Source: a virus. Taken from it: 64,000 bases of DNA. This document shows positions 1 through 9,875 of the stretch, one piece after another. The notes below the pieces were generated by a model that was given only the letters and a program-made list of their open reading frames with translations, was not told where the DNA came from and made no database searches. The translations under genes and the position numbers were made by a program. Position 1 is the first letter of the stretch. Each line of letters opens with the position of its first letter. The stretch lies in IMG/VR virus record IMGVR_UViG_3300031857_015401, positions 28,871-92,870 of that record, one strand, 5' to 3'.

Positions 1-203
1 TGTCTGTGTTCAGCAAACTCCTCTGTGGACATACCAACCTCTTCTTCGTTTTCAGTCATAACAATAATCTGAGTTGGCATAAACATAATATTATCATCCC
101 AATCAAAGGCATAATATTTTGTATCTGGGTTTCCTTGTTCGTCAAACCCTTCTATTAAAGATTTTTTTCTAACGTATTTATAAACGTGTTCTTTTATATT
201 CAT
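1..203 (-). CDS. Partial HAD-superfamily-like protein (runs off the window start)
   Basis: Read manually: ATG at 203, MNIKEHVYKYVRKNLLIEGFDEQGNPDTKYYAFDWDDNIMFMPT...; AFDWDDNI resembles HAD motif I (DxD); no stop before position 1. Confidence 0.6.
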   Translation of the reverse strand, partial: MNIKEHVYKYVRKKSLIEGFDEQGNPDTKYYAFDWDDNIMFMPTQIIVMTENEEEVGMSTEEFAEHR

Positions 204-340
204 TTTTTATTAAGTTGTGACAATAATTTTTCTAACTGAGATTCAGTTATAATAATATTTTGTTTTTTTTGTGAATAGGAATTATAACTTTTAAAATCGT
301 TACCTACACTTTCTTTAATAAGTTTTTTTTGTATTTTCAT
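200..340 (-). CDS. Small hypothetical protein, 46 aa (possible internal head protein)
   Basis: Read manually: MKIQKKLIKESVGNDFKSYNSYSQKKQNIIITESQLEKLLSTLNKK*; TGA overlaps the next ATG (ATGA coupling); TATTTATA motif 12 nt upstream. Confidence 0.65.
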   Translation of the reverse strand: MKIQKKLIKESVGNDFKSYNSYSQKKQNIIITESQLEKLLSQLNKK

Positions 341-364
341 GACTTTTTATTTTATAAATATATA

Positions 365-390
365 AATGGGGAATATTCCTACTCCCCATT
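365..390 (-). terminator. Hairpin downstream of the tail sheath gene, probable intrinsic terminator
   Basis: Inverted repeat aatgggga (365-372) / tccccatt (383-390) about 20 nt after the sheath stop. Confidence 0.5.
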
Positions 391-409
391 ATATAAAATT
401 TATGTTTTA

Positions 410-3400
410 TCACACATCTTCAAAAGATGCTCCCGTTGGTGTGATTACAAACTCGATGTCAATATATTCTAACGCTCTTGTTGGTTTTAAGTAAATTTTA
501 CCTGTTAATGTATTAGAATCTAAATCTTCAGGAGTGTTAGAAACGGTAACTCTAAAGTCAATTAAACCTCTGTCTCTTCTTATAGAATCTAATATTGGAT
601 TAACTGAGTCTAAGAATTGTTGTCTAACTTTATCGTCATTTTGTTCAAATAATAATCTTACTGCCACAGCTGAGATTAATTTTCTTGCTTGTAGTAACAA
701 TCTTCTTACGTTAATTCTGTCAAGTGCAGATTCTTTAACTTGTAAAGTTTTATTACCCCAAATAACTGTACCAACATCAGAGAAAGTTGCAATTGGGTTA
801 ATTCTACCTTTATATAAAGTATCTCTATCTTCTTGAGTTAATTTTTTACGAGCTCTTACTGCATTTACTAAACCACGAGTATAACCTGCTGATGCAAACC
901 AAGGGAAAGCTATGTTATCGGTTAAAGCTAAGTTTTTAACAACTTCAGCCGTTGGCGGTAAGTAAATTTGTGTATTATTAACACTATCTCTTGTTAAAAC
1001 CCATGGGTAGTAAGTTGCGGTATAGTTAGAATCGATTGTTGTCTCTTCTAATGAATCAACCGCTTCTTGTGGATATCTCAACCCTTCTTCAACATCTTGG
1101 TAAGAAGGTAATAATAAATTAAAGTCAGGTGTTGTACAAATGTAAATTGAATCCGCCCTATCTGTTTCAACCATATCAATTGCATCCTCAACTAAGTTTG
1201 AGTTATATACGTAATCAATACCTGGTGTTACAAATACATTAATATTAACTGATTCAGGATTTGCAAAAGTTGTTTGACCCCATTTGTATGCGTAATAGTC
1301 AGTGTTCGCCCATGTTTCTTGGTTAGGACCTGCAATTTGTTTAAATGCTCCCCATCCAGACGCTGTTGGGTAAGTAGCTGATGATGCGGCTCCGTTTTTA
1401 AATCCTGATTGACCTAATGCAAATGAGTCTCCGTTTGTTCTACTTTCTCGATATATATCCCATCCGTCAAAACCACCGTATGCTAATAACGTGAATTTAC
1501 GAGTGTTTAGTCTGTAGTAAGGGTTATCACTATCTTCAGGTTCTGAATTAAATGATCCGGCACCAACTTCAAACATTTGAGTTGTTGCTGAATTAACAGT
1601 CATTGTTACAATAGTCGCCCCACTATCCATATGGAAACCTTTTGTAGTATAACCCCAAGATATGCCAACAGTATCAGTTGCTAAATTTGCTGGTATTTGT
1701 TTTCCTTTATAATCAAAAAAGTCATAATCAACTCCTGTAATATTAGATATACCTAAGTAAGCTCTTCTTGGGTTTTCACCATTTGAAATCACTGGGTTGT
1801 CTCCACCTGAAGATGAACCAAATGGTGGGTTATATATTGTATCACCAGGTTGTAAATATCTTGTTTTATAAACTACAAATGGAGGTGTTGCATTAGCGTA
1901 TTCTCTACTAATATAACCTTCAAATCCACAAGGTAATGCGTCTATAGGTGCTTCGTTATTAACCTCTAACATAACATATTTAGATTTAACTTCGTACTCA
2001 CCATTAGATGTACCTATTTTGTTTGCAACATAGTTATTTTGATTAGGATCCATAGAACAATTAGTAAAACTTTCTAAAACTCTTACGTTTTGATCATTAT
2101 CATAAAAATCCCTAATGAATACATCAAAAGTTCCATTAGCAAATGATATATTTCCAATTGACATTTTAACTAGTCTGTTCGCGGCGTTACCATCAGAAAT
2201 TAAAACAAACTTAAATAATTTATAAACTTTATTACCTCTTAATTCAGAAACAACATACGGAGTTTCAGGGGTTTGGTATTGTTCTAAATAGAAAGCGATT
2301 GAATCGTTATAATCAAAGTTAGTTGTGTCTGTCACACCCGGTAGATCAATTAATTCATTGTAAATACCTCTAATTTTACCTAACCTATAACCGGTTAATA
2401 ATAATGAAGTGTAAGATTCTTCAATAAATAAAGGTACTTCATTTCTATCTTTTCCAAAATTACTTCTTCCAAATACTTTAGATATGTATTTTGAATCTGT
2501 TGATGATAAAGATGTTTCAAAACTAAATGTTTCACTATCGTTTGTAATACCTGAAATTGCAAAAGTTTGGAATGGATTAGAAGATATTCCTGAATATGAA
2601 CCTGTAGTTATTATATCAACTCCTGTGGTTGCACTTACTACAAATCTAGGTCCTTTTTGAGTACTAGAGTAATTAGTAATACCTCTTGATCTTAAAGTAG
2701 CGACTACTAAATTATCATAATCAGTATAAGGTGTTCCTGAATAATTAGTAATATATAACTCCATTTGACCTGAATAAACACCGCCAGTTAATCCTGTAAT
2801 ACCGTTTAATACTGCACCAAAACCATATCCATAATAACTACCAATGTCATTGGCTCTACTATAAGAGAATAATGAGTAGTACCAAGGGTCATTAGAGAAT
2901 GAAGAAACGTCGTTATTTGCAAAAATTACATCATCAACACCAAACGTTTCTGTGAATGCTGTTGCCCCTCCACTTGTTATTGTTGCACCTGTGACAGCAG
3001 AAAAGGTAGGAGTATCTACTGAACCCCAAAAATACGCCGTTCTTCCTGAAAGTGCCGATGAATTAGCAAAGTAACCAATTTCATTTGAAATATATTCTTG
3101 AAAATCTAAATCTAATGTTGATGTTCCTCCAATACTATTTGTGTAGTTATTATAAAAACTTGAAGATAGTGGTGATGGAATTGTTCCTGTTATAGTTACT
3201 GTTCCTCCCGTTGTACCTGTAAAATACAAATACACAGGTGTTGATGGGGTTGTTCCTGTAATACCTAAAGTACTACTATCTAAATTACCTGTAGTTACAA
3301 TTGACCAAGACGGTCCAGCATCATAACCTGATAACCCAAGTATTCTAGATACAAATAATTGATTTGATTGTTGTAAATATGCCTTAGCTATGTAAGCAGC

Positions 3401-3628
3401 TTCATATTTAGGTATTTGAGTATTTACAAATTTTTCTGGACTTGTTCCACCAAAATATGTTTGAAACTCATCAAAATTAGTTATAAATATAGGTTCAAAG
3501 GCAGGACCCTGTAAAGTCTCACCAACTATTCCTAAAGTTGTTACACCAACACTTTGTGCAACGAAAGTTAAGTCTCTTTCTGAGGTATATACACCAGGAG
3601 AAACGAATACTTTTGTAGTAGATGCCAT
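410..3628 (-). CDS. Contractile tail sheath protein (T4 gp18-like), 1072 aa with large insertions
   Basis: N-terminal VSPGVYTSERD...TFITNFDEFQTYFG; C-terminal PWFASAGYTRG, RINPI, WGNKTL, INVRRLL, LFEQND, LKPTRALEYI. Confidence 0.95.
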   Translation of the reverse strand: MASTTKVFVSPGVYTSERDLTFVAQSVGVTTLGIVGETLQGPAFEPIFITNFDEFQTYFGGTSPEKFVNTQIPKYEAAYIAKAYLQQSNQLFVSRILGLSGYDAGPSWSIVTTGNLDSSTLGITGTTPSTPVYLYFTGTTGGTVTITGTIPSPLSSSFYNNYTNSIGGTSTLDLDFQEYISNEIGYFANSSALSGRTAYFWGSVDTPTFSAVTGATITSGGATAFTETFGVDDVIFANNDVSSFSNDPWYYSLFSYSRANDIGSYYGYGFGAVLNGITGLTGGVYSGQMELYITNYSGTPYTDYDNLVVATLRSRGITNYSSTQKGPRFVVSATTGVDIITTGSYSGISSNPFQTFAISGITNDSETFSFETSLSSTDSKYISKVFGRSNFGKDRNEVPLFIEESYTSLLLTGYRLGKIRGIYNELIDLPGVTDTTNFDYNDSIAFYLEQYQTPETPYVVSELRGNKVYKLFKFVLISDGNAANRLVKMSIGNISFANGTFDVFIRDFYDNDQNVRVLESFTNCSMDPNQNNYVANKIGTSNGEYEVKSKYVMLEVNNEAPIDALPCGFEGYISREYANATPPFVVYKTRYLQPGDTIYNPPFGSSSGGDNPVISNGENPRRAYLGISNITGVDYDFFDYKGKQIPANLATDTVGISWGYTTKGFHMDSGATIVTMTVNSATTQMFEVGAGSFNSEPEDSDNPYYRLNTRKFTLLAYGGFDGWDIYRESRTNGDSFALGQSGFKNGAASSATYPTASGWGAFKQIAGPNQETWANTDYYAYKWGQTTFANPESVNINVFVTPGIDYVYNSNLVEDAIDMVETDRADSIYICTTPDFNLLLPSYQDVEEGLRYPQEAVDSLEETTIDSNYTATYYPWVLTRDSVNNTQIYLPPTAEVVKNLALTDNIAFPWFASAGYTRGLVNAVRARKKLTQEDRDTLYKGRINPIATFSDVGTVIWGNKTLQVKESALDRINVRRLLLQARKLISAVAVRLLFEQNDDKVRQQFLDSVNPILDSIRRDRGLIDFRVTVSNTPEDLDSNTLTGKIYLKPTRALEYIDIEFVITPTGASFEDV

Positions 3629-3659
3629 TTTTCTATTTAATTAAAGATTTATTTTTTTA

Positions 3660-3667
3660 TATAAATA
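3660..3667 (-). promoter_or_regulatory. TATTTATA candidate late-promoter motif upstream of the tail sheath gene
   Basis: The same 8-mer recurs on the sense strand upstream of many structural genes (see findings). Confidence 0.6.
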
Positions 3668-3766
3668 CATTAAAAAAATGAAAAAAACTTAGGTCAAAAA
3701 TAATAAATATGTAATAGTATGAAAAAATTCTACTTTTTTTCTACCTTATAAAATATTTACTTATAT

Positions 3767-3916
3767 ATGAAAAAAATTAAAAATATAAAGATTTCAGAAG
3801 AGACTCATGAAATATTAAAAAAGTATTGTGAGGAAAACGGATTTAAACTTTATAAGTTTTTAGAAAATTTAATCATCAAAACATGTCAAAAAGAAAAAGA
3901 CATTTACGGAGAATAA
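3767..3916 (+). CDS. Small ribbon-helix-helix (CopG/Arc-like) DNA-binding protein, 49 aa
   Basis: Read manually: MKKIKNIKISEETHEILKKYCEENGFKLYKFLENLIIKTCQKEKDIYGE*; alternating beta strand then two helices split by a Gly turn; fills the gap exactly. Confidence 0.7.
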   Translation: MKKIKNIKISEETHEILKKYCEENGFKLYKFLENLIIKTCQKEKDIYGE

Positions 3917-4957
3917 TTAAACCAATACAGAATTTGTTTTAATTACTGATTGTTTTGTGTTATCTGTTTTAGTAACTATTACTTTTAAAGTATCCCCATC
4001 AGTTATTTGTATTACAGGTAAATCATCACCAAGATAATTATTATTTATAAAAACAGAATAACTTGAAACATTTTCTAATGTTGTAACATTTAAATCAACA
4101 GTGTATCTAAAAACTTCATTTAATTGAGTATTACCAGAAACAAATAATAAATCAAGGTCAAAACTTTTAGGTCTTGGTGGTTCTATTTTAACTCTTTTAC
4201 TTTTAGTTTTTGTGTCAAATTCAAACATAGTTACCGCTCTTGTTATTGCAGGAGAAACTTGAAATTCTTTTTCATCAAGTAACATACCCCTTAAAGTTAT
4301 TTTATAACTTTGAATATAGTATTTTCTTTTTTCAATTTCTTTAACTGATTCGTCGGTTGGGTCCTCTAAAAGTACTGACATATAGTGTCCGTTAATTTGA
4401 ACATACGCTTGTTTTGAAGTAAATTTTTGCATCATAAGTTTATTAAACTCATTTACTTCTCTCATTCTATTACAAAATATTTTTATAGTATATGTAATAT
4501 CTACAGGTACAGGTTGAGGAATTTTATATACATCCGCGCCTTTTCTTTGTCCGTCCCATGTTGGTACTGTGTAATAAAAAAATCTTAATCTTTCAGGTAT
4601 ATTTGCCGCCGCATTTTGCATTTTACCGTATTTAACTTCAGGTTGTCTAACAGTTATTATAAATGGTAAAGAAACATTTTTGTCTAAGTCTTGAAACTTC
4701 CATGTTTCTGTGAATTGAGACCAACTTTGAGTGGTAATAATTTTATCTACTGTTGGTACTGTTTTTTTATCAACGACTAATTTTAAATCAGTTTTAACAA
4801 AATCTAATATACCTCTATCCATATCGGCATGTAAAACCCCTTTTGGGAGATATGTGCCTTTATCGGTAATATCATCCAACATTTCTTGTCTTCTTTCAAC
4901 CCCCACCTTTTTAGGGACTAAAGGTAAATAATTTTTTATTTTTTTAGGTAATGACAT
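3917..4957 (-). CDS. Tail terminator / sheath completion protein (T4 gp15-like)
   Basis: PQPVPVDITYTIKIF...EFNKLMMQKF resembles the gp15 PVPY-type motif; lies next to sheath and neck genes. Confidence 0.6.
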   Translation of the reverse strand: MSLPKKIKNYLPLVPKKVGVERRQEMLDDITDKGTYLPKGVLHADMDRGILDFVKTDLKLVVDKKTVPTVDKIITTQSWSQFTETWKFQDLDKNVSLPFIITVRQPEVKYGKMQNAAANIPERLRFFYYTVPTWDGQRKGADVYKIPQPVPVDITYTIKIFCNRMREVNEFNKLMMQKFTSKQAYVQINGHYMSVLLEDPTDESVKEIEKRKYYIQSYKITLRGMLLDEKEFQVSPAITRAVTMFEFDTKTKSKRVKIEPPRPKSFDLDLLFVSGNTQLNEVFRYTVDLNVTTLENVSSYSVFINNNYLGDDLPVIQITDGDTLKVIVTKTDNTKQSVIKTNSVLV

Positions 4958-5472
4958 TATATTCCGTTAAATTCGTCGTTAGTTACAGGTGCCGCAATTA
5001 TTGTTCTGTAATATTTTTTATAACCACCATAAGTATGTTTATTATCTGAAGTAACTCTACCATCATTAACAACACTGTAGTATCTTACTTTATCTTCCGT
5101 TTCATAATAACCTAAGTAATCACCCAAAGAAATTTCAACAGCTAAATGATCTAAGTGTGATTGATAAACACTAAACGTCATATTACCTGGTTCTATTTGT
5201 GAAAGTTTCGATGTTCCGTAATCTGAATTTGTAGGAGCTTCTATTTTAACAAGACCTTTTAATTCTACAGGAGCCAAAAATTGTATCCCTTCTGTTAATG
5301 CCTCACCATAAACATCGTCGTTATTTGTTCTTTGTCTATCAACACGATATAAAACAACACTGAAATTCATATCACCCATTTGCCATTCCATACCCATTTC
5401 AATTTCTAAATTGAAGTCCTCTTCAGAAAAAAACTTATTTAATCTTGTTATTGGTACTCTTTTTTGTGTCAT
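4957..5472 (-). CDS. Head closure / neck protein (T4 gp14-like)
   Basis: VVLYRVD...DDVYGE...F..PVEL pattern; size and position upstream of the gp15-like gene. Confidence 0.6.
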   Translation of the reverse strand: MTQKRVPITRLNKFFSEEDFNLEIEMGMEWQMGDMNFSVVLYRVDRQRTNNDDVYGEALTEGIQFLAPVELKGLVKIEAPTNSDYGTSKLSQIEPGNMTFSVYQSHLDHLAVEISLGDYLGYYETEDKVRYYSVVNDGRVTSDNKHTYGGYKKYYRTIIAAPVTNDEFNGI

Positions 5473-5530
5473 ATATATAAATACTTTAATTGATTTTTTT
5501 ATATTATTTACTATTTTTATTTATAATATA

Positions 5531-7297
5531 ATGGAAGAATTAATTTCAAAAACTCCCGAAACAAGGGCCCTTCAGTTATTAGATGAATATGTTGGGTCAA
5601 ATAACTATATCTTGTCGTTAAAACACAAAAAACAAAATAGTAAGACATTTACACCTACAAGACCACAAGCAGAATACATTATAAATTTTCACGGAAGAGT
5701 GCCAAAGGTTGCAAAAAAATGGGTTAAACTTGATTCATATTTTGGTAAAAAAATGATGGAAGATAAGATGTATACAAAAGAACCATCAGAAATTTATGTT
5801 GAGAAGTTATTAGTTGAGAAAGATAAATCATACCATATATGGGGTAAAATATTTAGTGGGGAAACTTTACATGATTTTTGGATACCTAAATCGGCACTAA
5901 TAAAAGATAACGAGGTTAAAAATGTTGTTATTGAATATTCTAAGTACGAACACAGATCTCCGATGTCTCACCAAAAAGAGGCTATTGAAAAACTTGTTAG
6001 AAATAAAAAGTTTATCTTGGCTGATGATATGGGTCTTGGTAAAACAACATCAACAATTATATCTGCACTTGAAACAGGTGCAAAAAAAATATTAATAATT
6101 TGTCCTGCGTCTTTAAAAATAAATTGGGAAAGAGAGATTGCAAATTATTCAGACAGAACCGTATATATTGCAGAAGGTAAGAAATTTTCGGATGAATCTG
6201 ATTTTGTAATTATTAACTATGACATATTAAAAAACTTCCACGACCCAAAAAAGAAAGACGACTCTATAATTTTAAAATCAAATTTTGAATTGGTTATCAT
6301 GGATGAGGCTCACATGATCTCAAACCCACAAGCACAAAGGACAAAAATAGTAAACGATTTATGTGATAGGTTAGATAGGGTTTGGTTGTTAACAGGAACC
6401 CCAATGACATCAAGACCAATGAATTATTTTAATTTATTAAAATTGGTTGATAGTCCTGTTGCTGCTAATTGGATGGCTTACGCAAAAAGATATTGTAATG
6501 GTTATCAATTTAATGTTGGAAAAAGAAAAGTTTGGAATGTTACGGGAGCATCTAACTTAGATGAATTAAGAGAAAGAACTCAAACACATATTCTAAGAAG
6601 ATTAAAAGAAGAAGTTTTAGACTTACCTGATAAAATTATTACACCCGTTTATTTAAGATTAAAGTCAAAAGATTATGAAGAACTAATGGGTGAGTACTAT
6701 GATTGGTATGATAAAAACCAAGAAGAATCTTCGTCACTTACCATTCAGTTTGGTAAATTAATGAAAGTAAGAAAAGTAATTGCACAAGAAAAAGTTAAAT
6801 CAACAATTGAATTGGCAGAAAACATAATTGAACAAGGAAAAAAAGTTATCATATTTACAAACTTTACAGATACATTACAAGAAATATATAATCACTTTGG
6901 AAAATCTGCAGTTTATTTAGACGGATCTTGTTCAAAACCCCACCGTCAAAAAGCGGTGGACGACTTTCAAGAAAATGAAAAAATTAAAGTATTTGTTGGT
7001 AACTTAAAAGCCGCTGGTGTTGGTATAACATTAACCTCAGCTGAAGCAGTTATTATGAATGACTTATCATTTGTACCTGCTGAACACGCACAGGCGGAAG
7101 ACAGATCACATAGGATAGGTCAAAAAAATTCAACGTCAGTTTATTACCCATTATTTGAAAATACAATTGAAGGAGCAATTTATGACATCTTAACAAGAAA
7201 GAAAAAAATCATATCAACAGTAATGGGTGATGATCTATTATTGGATGAAGGGTCGTCAATAGAAGAAATGTTAAATATGATTTCTTCTAATAGATGA
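5531..7297 (+). CDS. SNF2-family helicase/ATPase (SMARCAL1/HARP-like)
   Basis: LADDMGLGKT, ICPASL, DEAH, LTGTP, LRRLKEEV, GVGITL, QAEDRSHRIGQ. Start moved to ATG 5531 because the TTG 5411 start overlaps the divergent gene. Confidence 0.93.
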   Translation: MEELISKTPETRALQLLDEYVGSNNYILSLKHKKQNSKTFTPTRPQAEYIINFHGRVPKVAKKWVKLDSYFGKKMMEDKMYTKEPSEIYVEKLLVEKDKSYHIWGKIFSGETLHDFWIPKSALIKDNEVKNVVIEYSKYEHRSPMSHQKEAIEKLVRNKKFILADDMGLGKTTSTIISALETGAKKILIICPASLKINWEREIANYSDRTVYIAEGKKFSDESDFVIINYDILKNFHDPKKKDDSIILKSNFELVIMDEAHMISNPQAQRTKIVNDLCDRLDRVWLLTGTPMTSRPMNYFNLLKLVDSPVAANWMAYAKRYCNGYQFNVGKRKVWNVTGASNLDELRERTQTHILRRLKEEVLDLPDKIITPVYLRLKSKDYEELMGEYYDWYDKNQEESSSLTIQFGKLMKVRKVIAQEKVKSTIELAENIIEQGKKVIIFTNFTDTLQEIYNHFGKSAVYLDGSCSKPHRQKAVDDFQENEKIKVFVGNLKAAGVGITLTSAEAVIMNDLSFVPAEHAQAEDRSHRIGQKNSTSVYYPLFENTIEGAIYDILTRKKKIISTVMGDDLLLDEGSSIEEMLNMISSNR

Positions 7298-7310
7298 TAT
7301 TTATAATATT

Positions 7311-8393
7311 ATGGAAATAGAATTAAATAATAGTGGTAATATAGAACAAAAAAAATTAATAAAAAAATTTATAGATTTTTTAGATAAAGAGTATCCATTA
7401 AAAAATGATTTAAAGATTGATTTTTTAGAAAAAAGAACGGGAACTATGACCACAGGTAGTAGGACTAACAATAACCGATTAAAAATATTAGTAAAAGATA
7501 GATTAAATAGAGATATTTTAAAAACTATCGCACACGAATGGATTCACGAATACCAAAGAACAGTTCTAAAAAGAAATAAGGGACCAAAAATTGGTGGTCA
7601 AAACGAAGACGAAGCCAATTCATTGGCCGGATCATTAATAAAAAAATTTGAAAAAAATAATAAATCTGAAGATAACATTATTTATAAACCGTTTCAAAAA
7701 AAAATTAATGAGTTAGAATTAAAAATTAATGAAGATTTAATTTTACAAAAAAGTATAATATCAGAAATTAAAAAGGTTAGTATTGAAAAACTTCCATATG
7801 ATTTTAATTCAGTAGAAACCTTCATTGATAGTGAGACAATGAAAACTCACTATACAAAACATTATAAAGGTTATGTTGATAAATTAAATTTAGAATTAGA
7901 AAAAATAAAAGGTAAAGATTTAGATTTAGAAGAAATTGTAAAAAACATTTCTAAATTTAATACAAAGGTTAAAAATAATGGTGGTGGCGCATTTAATCAC
8001 GCGTTGTTTTGGAAAATGTTGTCACCAAAAAAACAAATTTTAGAAGACCCGATAAAAAGTAAAATTATAAAACATTTTGGTTCTTTTGAAAAATTTAAAG
8101 AGGAATTTGAAGAAGAAGCAAAATCAAGATTTGGTTCAGGTTGGGTTTGGTTAATTTTAACAAAAAGTAACGGATTAAAGATTGTAACTACCGCGAATCA
8201 AGATAATCCACTTATGAACACAGAAAAAACCCAAGGTTATCCTTTATTAGGTCTTGATGTTTGGGAACACGCGTATTATTTAAAATATAAAAACGAAAGA
8301 GATAAATACGTTAAAAATTTTTGGAAAGTTGTTAATTGGGGGTTTGTTAATGATTTATACACAACCCAATTAAGAAAGAAATCAAATCAATAA
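7311..8393 (+). CDS. Fe/Mn superoxide dismutase with an N-terminal HExxH metallopeptidase-like domain
   Basis: SOD motifs LPY...HYTKHYKGYV, NGGGAFNHALFW, FGSGWVWL, NQDNP, LGLDVWEHAYY; N-terminal ~140 aa contain IAHEWIHEYQ...EDEANSLAG. Confidence 0.88.
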   Translation: MEIELNNSGNIEQKKLIKKFIDFLDKEYPLKNDLKIDFLEKRTGTMTTGSRTNNNRLKILVKDRLNRDILKTIAHEWIHEYQRTVLKRNKGPKIGGQNEDEANSLAGSLIKKFEKNNKSEDNIIYKPFQKKINELELKINEDLILQKSIISEIKKVSIEKLPYDFNSVETFIDSETMKTHYTKHYKGYVDKLNLELEKIKGKDLDLEEIVKNISKFNTKVKNNGGGAFNHALFWKMLSPKKQILEDPIKSKIIKHFGSFEKFKEEFEEEAKSRFGSGWVWLILTKSNGLKIVTTANQDNPLMNTEKTQGYPLLGLDVWEHAYYLKYKNERDKYVKNFWKVVNWGFVNDLYTTQLRKKSNQ

Positions 8394-8417
8394 GATATTT
8401 ATATAAAAATATATCTT

Positions 8418-9536
8418 ATGTCAACATCAATTATTTCAGAACCAGAAAGAGGTAAGTTGTATAAAAGAATTAGAAATCTTTTAGGTGCACCATTACGTTC
8501 AGTAGAGTTGGAAGACGAACAGATGGATTCATTATTAGAATTATCCGTTCAGGATTATGCTCAACACGTTAATGATTGGTTAATTGAATCTCAATGGTCT
8601 TCACTCTATGGATTAAACTTAGATGAACAATCCGTTACAAGGGCGTTTACTACAAGAAGTTTAGATTGGGAAACTCAATACACTTACTCGTATTCAAAAA
8701 TTGTTGGTTTACAGGCCGGGGGTGATTATGTTTTGAAAAAAGATTATATTGATTTAATACCAAATCAACAAATATATGAAATACCTGCAGGTAGAGAACT
8801 TAATGAACTTTTATGGTTTTCAAGATCTGAATTAGATGCTGCGTATTTTGATCCATTTATGGGTGGGTTTGGTGGTTTTGGGGGTATTGGTCTTGGTGGT
8901 GGTGCTGGATTTTCACAAATGGGTACAACGGGTAATTACTTTATAACACCTGCGTTTGATATCCTTTTAAGAATGCAAGATATTAATATTAAAAGAAGAT
9001 TAATCACAGGTGAATTAACATATAGAGTTACCGCATTACCTGAAGGTAAAAAAGCAATACATTTAATGAATGTTCCTGGTGGTAAATTTGATTTTGGTAA
9101 TATGAAAAATAAAGACTACAGAGTTTGGTATTGGTATTATGAAACAAATGATAGAGAAGATTGTTTGAAAAAAAATCCTGACATTGTAAAACTTCCTTCT
9201 GATGTACCTATTGATGAAATTAGGTGGGACGAATTAAATGGTCCGGCACAAACATGGGTTAGAAGGTGGTTCACCGCATATTGTAAAGAAACTTTAGCAA
9301 AAGTAAGAGGTAAATACAGTGGTAATTTAAAAACACCCGATAGTGAAGTAACTATTGAATGGCAATCTTTAAATACTGAAGCTAAAGATGAAAAAACATT
9401 GTTGTGGGAAGAACTAAAAACAAGATTAGAAAGATTAAGACCTGAAAAACAATGGGAAATTAAAGGTGCAATGGCTGAAAATATGAACAAAGCATTAAAA
9501 TTCAGACCATTTACAAGTCCGTATAATGTTATATAA
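8418..9536 (+). CDS. Neck protein / head-tail adaptor (T4 gp13-like)
   Basis: LGAPLRSVELEDEQ N-terminus and WVRRWFTAYCKETLAKVRGKY...EAKDEK..L.EEL C-terminus, both typical of gp13. Confidence 0.8.
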   Translation: MSTSIISEPERGKLYKRIRNLLGAPLRSVELEDEQMDSLLELSVQDYAQHVNDWLIESQWSSLYGLNLDEQSVTRAFTTRSLDWETQYTYSYSKIVGLQAGGDYVLKKDYIDLIPNQQIYEIPAGRELNELLWFSRSELDAAYFDPFMGGFGGFGGIGLGGGAGFSQMGTTGNYFITPAFDILLRMQDINIKRRLITGELTYRVTALPEGKKAIHLMNVPGGKFDFGNMKNKDYRVWYWYYETNDREDCLKKNPDIVKLPSDVPIDEIRWDELNGPAQTWVRRWFTAYCKETLAKVRGKYSGNLKTPDSEVTIEWQSLNTEAKDEKTLLWEELKTRLERLRPEKQWEIKGAMAENMNKALKFRPFTSPYNVI

Positions 9537-9542
9537 TTTTTT

Positions 9543-9875
9543 ATGGCAATTTTTAAAAGTGTACCATCAAAAAGAATTATAAACGGTAATGTTATTGAAA
9601 CATCTGAGTCAGCAATTGTTACAAATTCTTTTTATAAAACAAACGGAGAATATGCAATTGTTGTTAAAGGTATTGAAAAATGTGAAGTATTTTTAGATAG
9701 TAATACTACTGACCATGTTGTAATAAAATCGTTGACAGAAGTTATTGTTAAATCAGAAGAATTAATAGACGAAGAATTTAATGAAGTTGAACTAACTAAA
9801 GGTTCTTGTGTTGAGTTTAAAAAAATAGGATCCTTTTGGTATATACTATCTTCAGATGGGTTAAAGGGATCTTAG
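9543..9875 (+). CDS. Small beta-rich hypothetical protein, possibly virion-associated
   Basis: 110 aa ORF co-oriented with the neck gene; ends in a W-Y-I strand as in phage fibre beta-sandwich modules. Confidence 0.5.
   Translation: MAIFKSVPSKRIINGNVIETSESAIVTNSFYKTNGEYAIVVKGIEKCEVFLDSNTTDHVVIKSLTEVIVKSEELIDEEFNEVELTKGSCVEFKKIGSFWYILSSDGLKGS

Noticed and set aside
5411-5530. N-terminal hydrophobic extension of the SNF2 helicase
   Set aside because: It comes from a TTG start overlapping the divergent neck gene and an AT-rich promoter gap; ATG 5531 is more plausible
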